Source: Candidatus Gottesmanbacteria bacterium (GTDB lineage: Bacteria > Patescibacteriota > Microgenomatia > UBA10105 > UBA927). From it: 64,000 bases of DNA. Location of the stretch: positions 724,103-788,102 of the forward strand of contig OY970230.1 in the NCBI GenBank assembly GCA_963714095.1, given 5' to 3'. This document shows, one piece after another, positions 1 through 9,231 of this stretch. The notes beneath the pieces were generated by a model. It was not told the origin of the DNA, did not search any database, and saw only the letters and a list, made by a program, of their open reading frames with translations. Made by a program: the position numbers and the translations under genes. How positions within the stretch are numbered: position 1 is the stretch's first letter; every line of letters starts with the position of its first letter.

Positions 1-240
1 TTCTCTCCTTCCGACAGGGAAAGCGCATTGCTTTGTCACGATTTGGCAACAATCCGTACCACCGTACCCTTAGAAGGCACTCTAACACCCTTGGGAAGCC
101 TGAATCGGCCGGAGGCTATCAAGGAGCTTACAACGCTCGGTTTCCGGACTATTTTGAAGCGGATTACAGGGGAAGCTAAACCGGAAGAAAAGGAAAAAAA
201 GGAGAAGAAATCAGATAATCAACAGCAGAAATTTTTTTAA
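1..240 (+). CDS. 3-prime partial CDS; C-terminal fragment of an unidentified protein with a Lys/Glu-rich tail
   Basis: The frame is open from base 1 to the stop at 238-240. The low-complexity KEKKEKK tail gives no recognisable domain. Confidence 0.25.
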   Translation, partial: FSPSDRESALLCHDLATIRTTVPLEGTLTPLGSLNRPEAIKELTTLGFRTILKRITGEAKPEEKEKKEKKSDNQQQKFF

Positions 241-242
241 TT

Positions 243-1286
243 ATGAAAATTGCATTAGTGCATGATCAGCTCGGGGAATTCGGCGGGGCGGAACGGGTGC
301 TTCTTGCGATGTCCGAACTATGGCCGGAGGCACCGATTTATACCGCATACCTGCGCCGCGGTTCGCCGGCATGGGAACGGTTTAAGGATCGTGATATCCG
401 CGTGTCGTGGATGCAACCTTTGGCAAAATTTGCGAGTCCTTTGCGTTTTTTGGCGCCTCTCGTGTGGAATTCATTTAATTTTTCGAAATACGACGTGATT
501 CTTGATTCCTCAAGTTGGTATGTGACGAAAGGATTTGCCAAGAAGGGGAAGGCGATTGAAATTTGCTACTGTCACACGCCCCCGCGGTGGCTTTACGGAT
601 ACCCTACGTCGGTAAACTGGCAGCGGTATGGGGTAGTCCGCGCGTATGCGACGATTGTCGGATTTTTCATGCGGCAGTATGATTTTGAGGCGGCACAAAA
701 AGTGGATTATTTCATCGCCAATTCGCAAGAGACGCAAAAAAGAATCCGGAAATTTTACCGCCGTGATTCGACGGTGATATATCCTCCCGTCGATCTTCCG
801 TCTGTGCCGAAAGTGAAAAAAGAACAGTACTACCTTTTTGTTTCGCGCCCCGTGGGAAGTAAAGGGCTTGAACTTGCCCATGCGGCTTCTCAAAAAATGG
901 GATTTCCGCTAAAAGTTGTAGGGGCCGTAGGGGGTCACGTCTCCGATACCGAACTTGCCAAACTGTATGCAGGCGCGAAAGCCTTTCTGGCGCTGGCGAC
1001 TGATGAGGATTTCGGCATGACGCCCGTTGAGGCGATGAGTATGGGAACGCCGGTCATCGCATATGCCGGAGGAGGGTATACGGAATCGGTGATTGACGGG
1101 AAAACAGGGGTGTTATTTACGGAGCCGACAACGGAAAGCCTGATTGCGGCACTAAAAAAATTTGAAAAAATAAAAATAGATGCAAAAGACTGTCGTGATC
1201 AGGCCAAAAAATTCAGCAAAGAAAGGTTCCAGAAAGAATTACAGACATTCGTGACCGAAAAATTTCATTCCGCCGCTTCCCGTTAG
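243..1286 (+). CDS. glycosyltransferase family 1 (GT4-like, RfaB-type)
   Basis: 347 aa. The C-terminal EX7E-like region (FGMTPVEAMSMGTPVIA, GG-ESV) and overall layout are typical of GT-B fold group-1 glycosyltransferases. Confidence 0.7.
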   Translation: MKIALVHDQLGEFGGAERVLLAMSELWPEAPIYTAYLRRGSPAWERFKDRDIRVSWMQPLAKFASPLRFLAPLVWNSFNFSKYDVILDSSSWYVTKGFAKKGKAIEICYCHTPPRWLYGYPTSVNWQRYGVVRAYATIVGFFMRQYDFEAAQKVDYFIANSQETQKRIRKFYRRDSTVIYPPVDLPSVPKVKKEQYYLFVSRPVGSKGLELAHAASQKMGFPLKVVGAVGGHVSDTELAKLYAGAKAFLALATDEDFGMTPVEAMSMGTPVIAYAGGGYTESVIDGKTGVLFTEPTTESLIAALKKFEKIKIDAKDCRDQAKKFSKERFQKELQTFVTEKFHSAASR

Positions 1287-1307
1287 CCTCAAAAACGCGT
1301 ATACTGG

Positions 1308-2228
1308 ATGGGTATGAGCAGCGTTGTTGAGGTTAAAAATCTCACAAAACAGTTCGGCAAATTTGTTGCCGTAGACAGCATTTCCTTCGCAGTTGCCGAG
1401 GGAGAGATTGTGGGGCTTTTGGGGCCCAACGGTGCCGGCAAAACGACAACGATTTTTATGCTTCTTGATCTTATTACGCCGACATGCGGCGAGATTACGC
1501 TCTTTGGTTTAACGTACCGGCGAAGCCGCGAAGCTATTTTACAAAATCTGAATTATTCCTCGACGTATGTGGAGATGGCGCCGAGGCTCACCGTCTGGGA
1601 AAACCTGGTAGTTATGGCGAAACTGTATCGTGTAAAGAATGCCGGTGAGAAAATCCGGGAGTTTGCCAAAACCTTTGGTGTCATGGATTTTTTCTCACAA
1701 AAGCACGAGGATCTTTCCCAGGGTCAGAAAACGCGGGTGTATCTCTGTAAAGCGTTTCTGAACGATCCCAAACTGCTTCTTTTGGATGAGCCGACGGCCA
1801 GTCTTGATCCAGATGTTGCCGTAGTTATCCGGAAAGAGATCGTGCGCGCAAAGGAGAGCGGAACGACAATCCTTTTAACTTCCCATAACATGGCTGAAGT
1901 TGAGGAAGTGTGTGATAGGGTGTTGTTTATCGATCACGGGAAGATACTCGCGGAAGATACGCCCGAGCGCCTGGCAAAAAATGTAAGACAGATACGGGTG
2001 AATCTTATGGTGAAAGACGGACAGAAACGGACGCTCGAATTTACAAAAAAAGCCGGATTCGGAGCAGTTGCCCAAGGGAGATTCGTCACCGTTTCGGTTG
2101 ATGAACAGGATATTGCGTACCTTTTGTCGGGATTGGCAGAGTTGGGAGTCGAATATAGTGAAATATCCATAGATAAGCCGACATTGGAAGATTATTTTAT
2201 CAAGATGACAGGGAGGCGGGCATTATGA
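1308..2228 (+). CDS. ABC transporter ATP-binding protein
   Basis: Walker A GPNGAGKTTT, ABC signature LSQGQKTRV and Walker B LLLLDEPTASLD are all present. Confidence 0.85.
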   Translation: MGMSSVVEVKNLTKQFGKFVAVDSISFAVAEGEIVGLLGPNGAGKTTTIFMLLDLITPTCGEITLFGLTYRRSREAILQNLNYSSTYVEMAPRLTVWENLVVMAKLYRVKNAGEKIREFAKTFGVMDFFSQKHEDLSQGQKTRVYLCKAFLNDPKLLLLDEPTASLDPDVAVVIRKEIVRAKESGTTILLTSHNMAEVEEVCDRVLFIDHGKILAEDTPERLAKNVRQIRVNLMVKDGQKRTLEFTKKAGFGAVAQGRFVTVSVDEQDIAYLLSGLAELGVEYSEISIDKPTLEDYFIKMTGRRAL

Positions 2229-3013
2229 ACTCTCAACGGGTCGGCGCCATAATACTTAAGACCTGGCATAATTCCAAACGCGATGTGTTTAGGATTTTTG
2301 ATATCTTCTGGTGGCCGGCATTTGAGCTGTTCATTTGGGGAATTTTCAGTGTCTTTTTATCCCGAACCAGTACGAGTGGGGTGAATATTATCACCCTACT
2401 GTTGGGTGGTATTATTCTCTGGACGTTTTTTGACCGGTCCAGCCGGGATATATCGATTTCCATGATCGATGAACTCTGGAGCCGGAATTTTGTGAACCTG
2501 TTCTCCACACCGCTTTCTATGGCGGAATATCTTGCGGGAGTTGCGATTGTAGCAGTTATTAAACTTATCGTTTCCATGGTGTTTATGTTCTTTTTGGCCA
2601 ACGTGTTTTACGGGTTTCAAATTGCCTCCTTCGGTTTCTACCTCGTTCCTGCGGCAGCCGGGCTGGTCGTGTTCGGCTGGGCTTTAAGCTTAATTGTGCA
2701 GGGATTTATCATGCGGTTCGGTCATACCGTGGAAGTGTTTATCTGGGCCGTGGCTATCCTGGTTCAGCCGCTTTCCTGTGTGTTTTATCCGGTTTCGGTG
2801 CTGCCGGGATGGGCACAGCACGTCGCGTATTTTTTGCCGACAACCTATTTTTTTGAAAATATGCGGCAGCTGATGACTACACACACAATAAACGGGGTAC
2901 AGATTCTGACTGCATACGGTCTGGACGCTCTCTATTTGCTTTTGGCTCTACTCTTTTTCTATGCCTCTTACCGTCAGGCGAAAAATAGCGGGAACCTGAT
3001 TAAAAATTATTAA
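2225..3013 (+). CDS. ABC-2 type transporter permease
   Basis: 262 aa with about six predicted TM helices. Its start overlaps the ATPase stop (ATGA coupling). Confidence 0.6.
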   Translation: MNSQRVGAIILKTWHNSKRDVFRIFDIFWWPAFELFIWGIFSVFLSRTSTSGVNIITLLLGGIILWTFFDRSSRDISISMIDELWSRNFVNLFSTPLSMAEYLAGVAIVAVIKLIVSMVFMFFLANVFYGFQIASFGFYLVPAAAGLVVFGWALSLIVQGFIMRFGHTVEVFIWAVAILVQPLSCVFYPVSVLPGWAQHVAYFLPTTYFFENMRQLMTTHTINGVQILTAYGLDALYLLLALLFFYASYRQAKNSGNLIKNY

Positions 3014-3106
3014 ACATAGGTCAGGTTTGGGTGTTTGACAAATGATACTTCTTCCCGTAAGATAACAACTACACGCGCCGTCAGCGCGTTTTTCGAGGAA
3101 AAAGAA

Positions 3107-3808
3107 ATGGTTGACCAGAATAACACATTTGTTTTATCCGTCGGGGGATCGCTTATTGTCCCCGGCGGCATTGTCGATACCAAATTTTTGAGTGAATTTA
3201 ACACTTTCATTCGCAACCAAGTCTCCGCAAAAAAGCGGAGATTTTTTATTGTCATCGGCGGCGGATCGATTGCAGGGAAATATATTGATGCTGCCAAAGA
3301 CGTACGCGGGAAAGAACTGACGGATGCGGATAAAGACTGGCTCGGTATCCATGCCACCAGACTCAACGCCCAACTGGTGCGTACTATTTTTCAGGATATT
3401 GCAGATCCGCGGGTTATCAAACACTACGAAATAATCCTTAAAATTGATAAGCCTGTTGCAATCGCCGCAGGATGGAAGCCGGGTTGGAGCACGGACTACG
3501 ACGCCGTGACGCTCTGTGAAGATTACGGCGTCCGGTTCGTTGTGAATTTAACGAATATTGATAAAGTCTACGATAAAGATCCTAAATCATTTCCCGATGC
3601 CAAACCCATTGATACCATTACGTGGAAGGCATATCGGGAGATGGTCGGAGACACATGGAGCCCGCGCATGAACGCACCATTTGATCCGATTGCCTCGCGC
3701 TTGGCCCAGGAATTGGGTGTAACGGTGAAAATATTGAACGGAAAAGATTTGGATAACCTTGCCCGGGCATTGGATAATAAGGAATTCCACGGCACAACGA
3801 TCGCATGA
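3107..3808 (+). CDS. pyrH: UMP kinase, archaeal-type amino-acid-kinase fold (alternative start at 3035)
   Basis: The VLSVGGSLIVPGG and IVIGGGSIAGKY glycine-rich motifs match the amino-acid kinase family. A size of about 233 aa from the internal Met matches archaeal-type UMPK. Confidence 0.5.
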   Translation: MVDQNNTFVLSVGGSLIVPGGIVDTKFLSEFNTFIRNQVSAKKRRFFIVIGGGSIAGKYIDAAKDVRGKELTDADKDWLGIHATRLNAQLVRTIFQDIADPRVIKHYEIILKIDKPVAIAAGWKPGWSTDYDAVTLCEDYGVRFVVNLTNIDKVYDKDPKSFPDAKPIDTITWKAYREMVGDTWSPRMNAPFDPIASRLAQELGVTVKILNGKDLDNLARALDNKEFHGTTIA

Positions 3809-4848
3809 TTCTTTCGGATTGCACGCTCACCCACATTCGCAGTTATACAAAGTGCGCATTTACCTTTTCCCCGTCGACAACGCTCATTCTTGGCCCAAAT
3901 ACTGCGGGTAAAACAAATATCCTTGAGGCAATTATGCTATTGGCAATAGGGAAAAGTTTCCGGGCCGATGCCGACCGGGAAATGATTACCTGGGGTGAAG
4001 AGTTGGGTAGGGTAAAGGCAACTGTCGGGGATACGAAACTCGAGTTATTGATAACGAGCGGCATGGTTGGCCGTGCAAAGGCGCCGCTCAAAAAATATCT
4101 GGTAAACGGGATTGCGCGCCGCCAGGTGGATTTTATTGGGGTACTGCGTGCCGTGCTGTTTTGGCCGGAACACCTAGAACTGGTGACCGACAGTCCCAGC
4201 ATACGCCGTAAATATCTGGATAGCGTTCTTGTACAGGTGGACCGGGAATACAGAAGGAACCTCCAATCGTATGAACGCGGACTACGGCAAAGAAACAGAC
4301 TTTTGGATTTAATTAATGAGGGGAAAGCACATCATCATCAGCTTCAATTTTGGGACCAACTGCTTATCAAGGCGGGGGGCTATATAACCGATAAACGAAC
4401 GGTCTATATAGATTTTATTAATCACTATTCAGTATTCCCGATTCATTATTCGGTATCATATGATAAAAGCGTCATTTCTCAGTCACGATTGGATCAGTAC
4501 AAAGACGAAGAAGTTGCTGCCAAATCCACACTCGTGGGGCCGCACCGGGATGATTTCCTTTTTACAAAACAGGATCTTGATTTAAGTAAATACGGGAGCC
4601 GAGGAGAACAAAGACTCGCCATAGTATGGCTGAAACTGGCGGAACTGGCGTTTATTGAGAAAGAATCGGGAGAGCGGCCGCTTTTAATCCTCGATGATAT
4701 CTTTTCAGAATTGGATGTGGCGCACCGGACGCTTGTTCTTGAGGTTCTCGGCAAGCAGCAGACGATTGTCAGCTCCGCGGAGGAAGAGGTGTTGTATTTG
4801 TTTAAAAAACATCATATTCAGGCAGAGATTATCCGTTTAGGTGTGTAA
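3805..4848 (+). CDS. recF: DNA replication and repair protein RecF
   Basis: N-terminal Walker A GPNTAGKTNILEAI. SMC-like C-terminal signature and Walker B (LLILDDIFSELD). Confidence 0.8.
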   Translation: MILSDCTLTHIRSYTKCAFTFSPSTTLILGPNTAGKTNILEAIMLLAIGKSFRADADREMITWGEELGRVKATVGDTKLELLITSGMVGRAKAPLKKYLVNGIARRQVDFIGVLRAVLFWPEHLELVTDSPSIRRKYLDSVLVQVDREYRRNLQSYERGLRQRNRLLDLINEGKAHHHQLQFWDQLLIKAGGYITDKRTVYIDFINHYSVFPIHYSVSYDKSVISQSRLDQYKDEEVAAKSTLVGPHRDDFLFTKQDLDLSKYGSRGEQRLAIVWLKLAELAFIEKESGERPLLILDDIFSELDVAHRTLVLEVLGKQQTIVSSAEEEVLYLFKKHHIQAEIIRLGV

Positions 4849-4865
4849 TTGTGTAAAATAGACGT

Positions 4866-5663
4866 ATGGAAACTGTGACAATGGATGATCTCAAAAAAAT
4901 ACACGTGCCGCGGCCTGGTTCTCATAAAGGCCAGAATGGCAGGCTGCTTGTGATCGGCGGGTCACATCTGTTTCATGCCGCCAGTCTCTGGGCGCTCACC
5001 GTGGCCTCGCGGATTGTAGACCTCGTTCATTATTCTTCGGTGCCGGAAAACAATGCGATTGTACACGAGGAAAAGAAAGAATTCCGTAATGGCATTGTCA
5101 TTCCGCGAGGAGAGTTGGATCCCTATATTCAGGAAGATGACTGCATTCTTATCGGCCCGGGTATGACGCGGGACGCGGAAACGGAAACAGTTACGAATAC
5201 GTTATTTACAAAGTATCCGGATAAACAGTGGGTCGCGGACGCGGGAGCGCTCCAAATGATGGATCTCACCAAAATTCCAAAAGGTGCAATTCTGACGCCG
5301 CATCACGCGGAATATGCCCATGCGTTTGGTACACAAGAAATCTCAAGTGCGGCAAAAAAATATCACTGTATCATCCTTTTAAAAGGGGAGAAGGATATTG
5401 CATGTAACGCGGATGGACAGTGCCGCCAGATTCTCGGCGGAAATCCCGGAATGACCAAAGGAGGCACAGGGGACGTGCTGGCCGGCCTGATTGCAGCTTT
5501 AGCCTGTACCAACGATCCATTTTTGTCAACAATAGCGGGAAGTTTCATCAACAAAAAGGCTGGAGATGAACTTTATCAAATGGTGGGTCCCTATTTTAAT
5601 GCAACGGATTTGGCGAACCAGATTCCGTTGACGATGAAAGAACTTCTTATAGGCAGGCCATAG
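4866..5663 (+). CDS. nnrD: ADP-dependent NAD(P)H-hydrate dehydratase (YjeF C-terminal family)
   Basis: GGTGDVLAG motif, the N-terminal GQNGRLLVIGGS, and a carbohydrate-kinase fold signature. Confidence 0.7.
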   Translation: METVTMDDLKKIHVPRPGSHKGQNGRLLVIGGSHLFHAASLWALTVASRIVDLVHYSSVPENNAIVHEEKKEFRNGIVIPRGELDPYIQEDDCILIGPGMTRDAETETVTNTLFTKYPDKQWVADAGALQMMDLTKIPKGAILTPHHAEYAHAFGTQEISSAAKKYHCIILLKGEKDIACNADGQCRQILGGNPGMTKGGTGDVLAGLIAALACTNDPFLSTIAGSFINKKAGDELYQMVGPYFNATDLANQIPLTMKELLIGRP

Positions 5664-6333
5664 CGGTGCACGCAACCTGCCCTGATTCGCATGTGCACGA
5701 ATTGCATTTATCAGGGAACTGTTCCCCGTTTTTATACGTTTTTCCATTATATTGACAGTCTAAATTGTTACCCCTTTTAAGGGCGGGGCATGGGGCGCAT
5801 ACACCGATGTTTTGTGCTGAGCAGGTGCTTGGCCGCAGAGATGTGTAATTTTTTTCTTGATCGAAAACTACCCATCCGTTTGTTCCGATTTGCGACGCGT
5901 CAACCATAGTAGGGCATGAACAACACTGTGTTAACTGAATGCCTAACACCTGTTGTGATACTTTTGTATCTGGTGTTGGAGAGGGAGGCAGAAGATTTTG
6001 TTGTTCTTCCGGCGTCAGCGGCTGGGTAAACTGTTTTCCGTCGCGGGTTACACACACAGGCGGGTACATAGCCTCAATGACACTGCCGGGGGCTTTGCTA
6101 CACGCCTCAAACGTTGTTATTGCAGCCTGCTGTTTTTTCTGCAGGTATTGATAGGCAAAATATCCGGCGGCTTCAAGTGAAAGAAGGACAATAAGAACAA
6201 TCAGCACTGTCACAAGAGTATTTTTTGGTTTGGCGGGTGTGATAGGCGGTGGTATAGAAGGCACTGGTATCACTGGTTGTGGAGCGGGTTGAGCTATCGG
6301 AGGAGCCGTAGCTTGAACATCGGGAGTACCCAT
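5647..6333 (-). CDS. signal-anchored cysteine-rich extracytoplasmic protein with VWC-like C-terminal module
   Basis: Pro-rich N-terminal tail and a single TM helix. About 16 Cys lie in the ectodomain. The C-terminal CQYNGKTYKNGEQFPDKCNSCTCESGQVACTAMAC resembles the von Willebrand factor type C cysteine spacing. Confidence 0.45.
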   Translation of the reverse strand: MGTPDVQATAPPIAQPAPQPVIPVPSIPPPITPAKPKNTLVTVLIVLIVLLSLEAAGYFAYQYLQKKQQAAITTFEACSKAPGSVIEAMYPPVCVTRDGKQFTQPLTPEEQQNLLPPSPTPDTKVSQQVLGIQLTQCCSCPTMVDASQIGTNGWVVFDQEKNYTSLRPSTCSAQNIGVCAPCPALKRGNNLDCQYNGKTYKNGEQFPDKCNSCTCESGQVACTAMACL

Positions 6334-6345
6334 GGCTTAAGTGTA

Positions 6346-7686
6346 TCACACTTCTATCCAGCGTCCAGCGGATTTTTTAACACGTTGCCAGAAGGCATTT
6401 TGGCGGCACAGACGCGACACATCCTCCTTATTTTTTAAGAGTAATTTAATGCTTTCCTCAAGCCACAGATTACCTTGTGAACCTTTGAAAAGAATAATAG
6501 AACGGCGAGGAATATTCGATAGTGCCTGGTTTAGTTCGATGACTGAAGGAAACCACTCAACGTGTGTAAGAGTTTTTTGAACGATTGGCAAAATAAAACG
6601 TTTCGTTAATGGACCAACTACATAAAGAGTGTCGGGAATCGTTCTGACGGCATGTGCCACCGCTTCATGCTCGAGTTGTGACTCGTTACCTAACTCCAGC
6701 ATGTCGGCAAGCACAACAACCGCATGTCTTTTTGTTTCTCTTTTCAGTGTTTCGGTCATTTCCAGAAATGAAAGGACGGAAGGTTTGGATGCGTTGTAGG
6801 AAGAGTCGATAATGATGGAATCATTTTTTCCCGGAAAAATGCTTTCGCGGCCCCGCGGAGGTACAAAATTTCTCTCCAGATTCTTTTGGATACTATCAAC
6901 AGGAATGTTGAGTCGGTTAGCCGTAAGAATGGCCGGCGCAAACACAGAAGCGAGTTCTTGCGGGAACGCGTATCCCTTGAATTGAAGAGTGATAGGCGTA
7001 TCGCCGAGCTTGTAGGAAAAAATCGTTTTTTTCGAATCGAGCTCATAATCAGTTATACCGATAGTTGCGTCTTTTTTGATACCAAACGTAAGGGCGCCAG
7101 GAAGTGCTTTCGTAAGATATGGATTATCTCCGTTAACGATTTTAATGCTACATGTTTCAAGCATTTTTGCATCTTCTTTGGTTATTGCTTGAATTAAAAG
7201 TTCGAGGCGTTCCGTATCTGATACGACGACATTGGGTCCGAAAATTTTTTCGAATTGCATTGTATGGGCTGCAGACTCTTCTGTGATAATGCCGATATCG
7301 GGTTTGACGATTGTAAGGAGGTACTCCATGTTTTTTGGGGGATACGGGTCATCAATACCCATTTCAACAATAATAAATTTTATATTTTTTAAAAATCCGA
7401 TGCGCAGCGGTGCCATAACCATCATACGGATCCAATCGAGAGGAGAGTAGTCCTTTGGGAATAACCCTACGAGTCCTAAAGGGACACCGGTTTCGGAATT
7501 ACCGGAAACCATATGGGTCGGAGCAATATCTTTTAAGATTGAAAACAAAGCCTCGCGAGTGCTGGTTTTCCCCACTGATCCTGCGATGCCTATGACCGTC
7601 GCCCGGCTGCGGGAAAGTGCCAAACGTCCGATAGCACGTAAATACCAGAGGACAAAAGGCACAAGAAATAACTTCACTCTTTTCAT
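6346..7686 (-). CDS. Mur ligase family protein (MurF-like UDP-MurNAc-peptide ligase)
   Basis: P-loop IGIAGSVGKTSTREAL. Mur ligase middle and C-terminal domain layout, 446 aa. Confidence 0.6.
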   Translation of the reverse strand: MKRVKLFLVPFVLWYLRAIGRLALSRSRATVIGIAGSVGKTSTREALFSILKDIAPTHMVSGNSETGVPLGLVGLFPKDYSPLDWIRMMVMAPLRIGFLKNIKFIIVEMGIDDPYPPKNMEYLLTIVKPDIGIITEESAAHTMQFEKIFGPNVVVSDTERLELLIQAITKEDAKMLETCSIKIVNGDNPYLTKALPGALTFGIKKDATIGITDYELDSKKTIFSYKLGDTPITLQFKGYAFPQELASVFAPAILTANRLNIPVDSIQKNLERNFVPPRGRESIFPGKNDSIIIDSSYNASKPSVLSFLEMTETLKRETKRHAVVVLADMLELGNESQLEHEAVAHAVRTIPDTLYVVGPLTKRFILPIVQKTLTHVEWFPSVIELNQALSNIPRRSIILFKGSQGNLWLEESIKLLLKNKEDVSRLCRQNAFWQRVKKSAGRWIEV

Positions 7687-7952
7687 GACGGATTTTCCAG
7701 CTTATCAATAAATTTCGTAAGTTGGTACGTGATGGTAACGGCAATTACCGTGACGATGATCGCATAAATCAAAAGCGATAAAAGTCCGCTGCCGGAGGGC
7801 AAATAGGGTTTTATCTGGGTTGCGACGAATTCCTGTATGACGTTATTCCAAGCCAGAGCCGCTACCAATCCGAAACCGCTCGCGGCTAATGCAAGCATTT
7901 GTTTAAGAATTAGCAGGTGTAAACGCTTTCTATGTTGATTTTCTTGAGCCAT
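7683..7952 (-). CDS. small membrane protein, two TM helices
   Basis: 89 aa, hydrophobic. Translationally coupled to the upstream Mur ligase gene. Confidence 0.35.
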   Translation of the reverse strand: MAQENQHRKRLHLLILKQMLALAASGFGLVAALAWNNVIQEFVATQIKPYLPSGSGLLSLLIYAIIVTVIAVTITYQLTKFIDKLENPS

Positions 7953-7978
7953 GCGGTTATTATACAGGAAATATAAAT

Positions 7979-9031
7979 ATGTACACTCCTAAGTTTACCA
8001 TTACCAATAAAATCCTCAAATACATCGGCATCGTTGAGTCGGCGCGCGAGGTTATAGAGAATGCGCCGCTGGTGCCCGCTTGGGAAGCGAAATTCCGAGA
8101 AGAGGCGCTTGTCCGGACTGTCCACCACGGAACTCACATTGAAGGCAATGAGCTTAACTTTACCGAAGCGGAAAAAGTGCTCGCCGGAGCTACGATTGTC
8201 GGCCGCGACCGGGATATACAGGAAGTACTCAATTACAGGAATGTTCTCCAGTTTATCGAGCAGTATGACAATAACGAAATTTCGTCTGATACCCTTAAGC
8301 ATATTCATGCACTCACCGTGCACCGCATGCTGGCCGATGATGTGGTGGGGGAATACAGAAGGACACAGGTCGTCGTCAAAAATAGTCAAACCGGAGAGAT
8401 CACATTCCGTCCGCCGCCGGCTGTTGAAATTCCGTTTCTTATTGATGCGTTTCTGCGCTGGCTTAATGGCGTGGGTCCGGACGACATGCACGCAGTCCTC
8501 AAAGCCGGCGCCACCCACTACGAGCTGGTGCGCATCCATCCGTTTTTGGACGGCAACGGACGAGTAGCGAGGGCTGCCGCAACACTGGTCCTCTTCAAAC
8601 AAGGGTATGACATCAAGCGATTTTTTTCACTTGAGGAATATTATGACCGCGAACCACTGGCCTACTACGATGCGCTGCAGAGTGTCGCGAAAGCGGACGG
8701 CAACCTTACAAACTGGCTGGAATATTTTACCGAGGGGCTCGCGATTGAGCTTACCCGCATCAAAGAGAAAGTGAAGTCACTTTCAACAGATCTCAAAATT
8801 AAAAAATCGCTGGGCGGTCAACAGTTGGCACTTTCCGAGCGTCAGATTAAAGTGGTCGAGTTTATCCAGGAGAACGGATTTTTACAGAACAAAGCGTTTT
8901 TTGAACTCTTCCCCATGATTTCCGAAGACACGGTACTTCGGGAAATCAAGGATCTCATCAAAAAAGGGATCCTGCGTAAAGAAGGCTCCACTAAAGGCGT
9001 CAAGTACGTCTTGACGATCGGGGGAGAGTAA
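7979..9031 (+). CDS. Fic family protein (AMPylation-type) with C-terminal winged-helix
   Basis: Canonical Fic motif HPFLDGNGRVARAA. An N-terminal THIEGN-type inhibitory helix motif is also present. Confidence 0.85.
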   Translation: MYTPKFTITNKILKYIGIVESAREVIENAPLVPAWEAKFREEALVRTVHHGTHIEGNELNFTEAEKVLAGATIVGRDRDIQEVLNYRNVLQFIEQYDNNEISSDTLKHIHALTVHRMLADDVVGEYRRTQVVVKNSQTGEITFRPPPAVEIPFLIDAFLRWLNGVGPDDMHAVLKAGATHYELVRIHPFLDGNGRVARAAATLVLFKQGYDIKRFFSLEEYYDREPLAYYDALQSVAKADGNLTNWLEYFTEGLAIELTRIKEKVKSLSTDLKIKKSLGGQQLALSERQIKVVEFIQENGFLQNKAFFELFPMISEDTVLREIKDLIKKGILRKEGSTKGVKYVLTIGGE

Positions 9032-9045
9032 GCGATTATAGAAGT

Positions 9046-9231
9046 ATGAATCTTTCCGGACCGGGTGTGATCTACGCACTCATGATTATTCCTTCCCTGT
9101 TTGTTATTGTTGTCATCGTCCAGGGTATACAAAAATTGGTGAAACATGAGCCGGACGGTAAAGTCGCCATAGGATTTGGCATATTTTTTCTTATACTTAT
9201 CACACTTGCCTACTTTTTGTTCATCAAATGA
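9046..9231 (+). CDS. small two-TM membrane protein
   Basis: 61 aa, hydrophobic. Overlaps the ligase start by 4 nt. Confidence 0.3.
   Translation: MNLSGPGVIYALMIIPSLFVIVVIVQGIQKLVKHEPDGKVAIGFGIFFLILITLAYFLFIK

Noticed and set aside
8061-8567. 168-aa alternative-frame ORF inside the Fic gene.
   Set aside because: It overlaps a strongly supported CDS in another frame and has no motifs.
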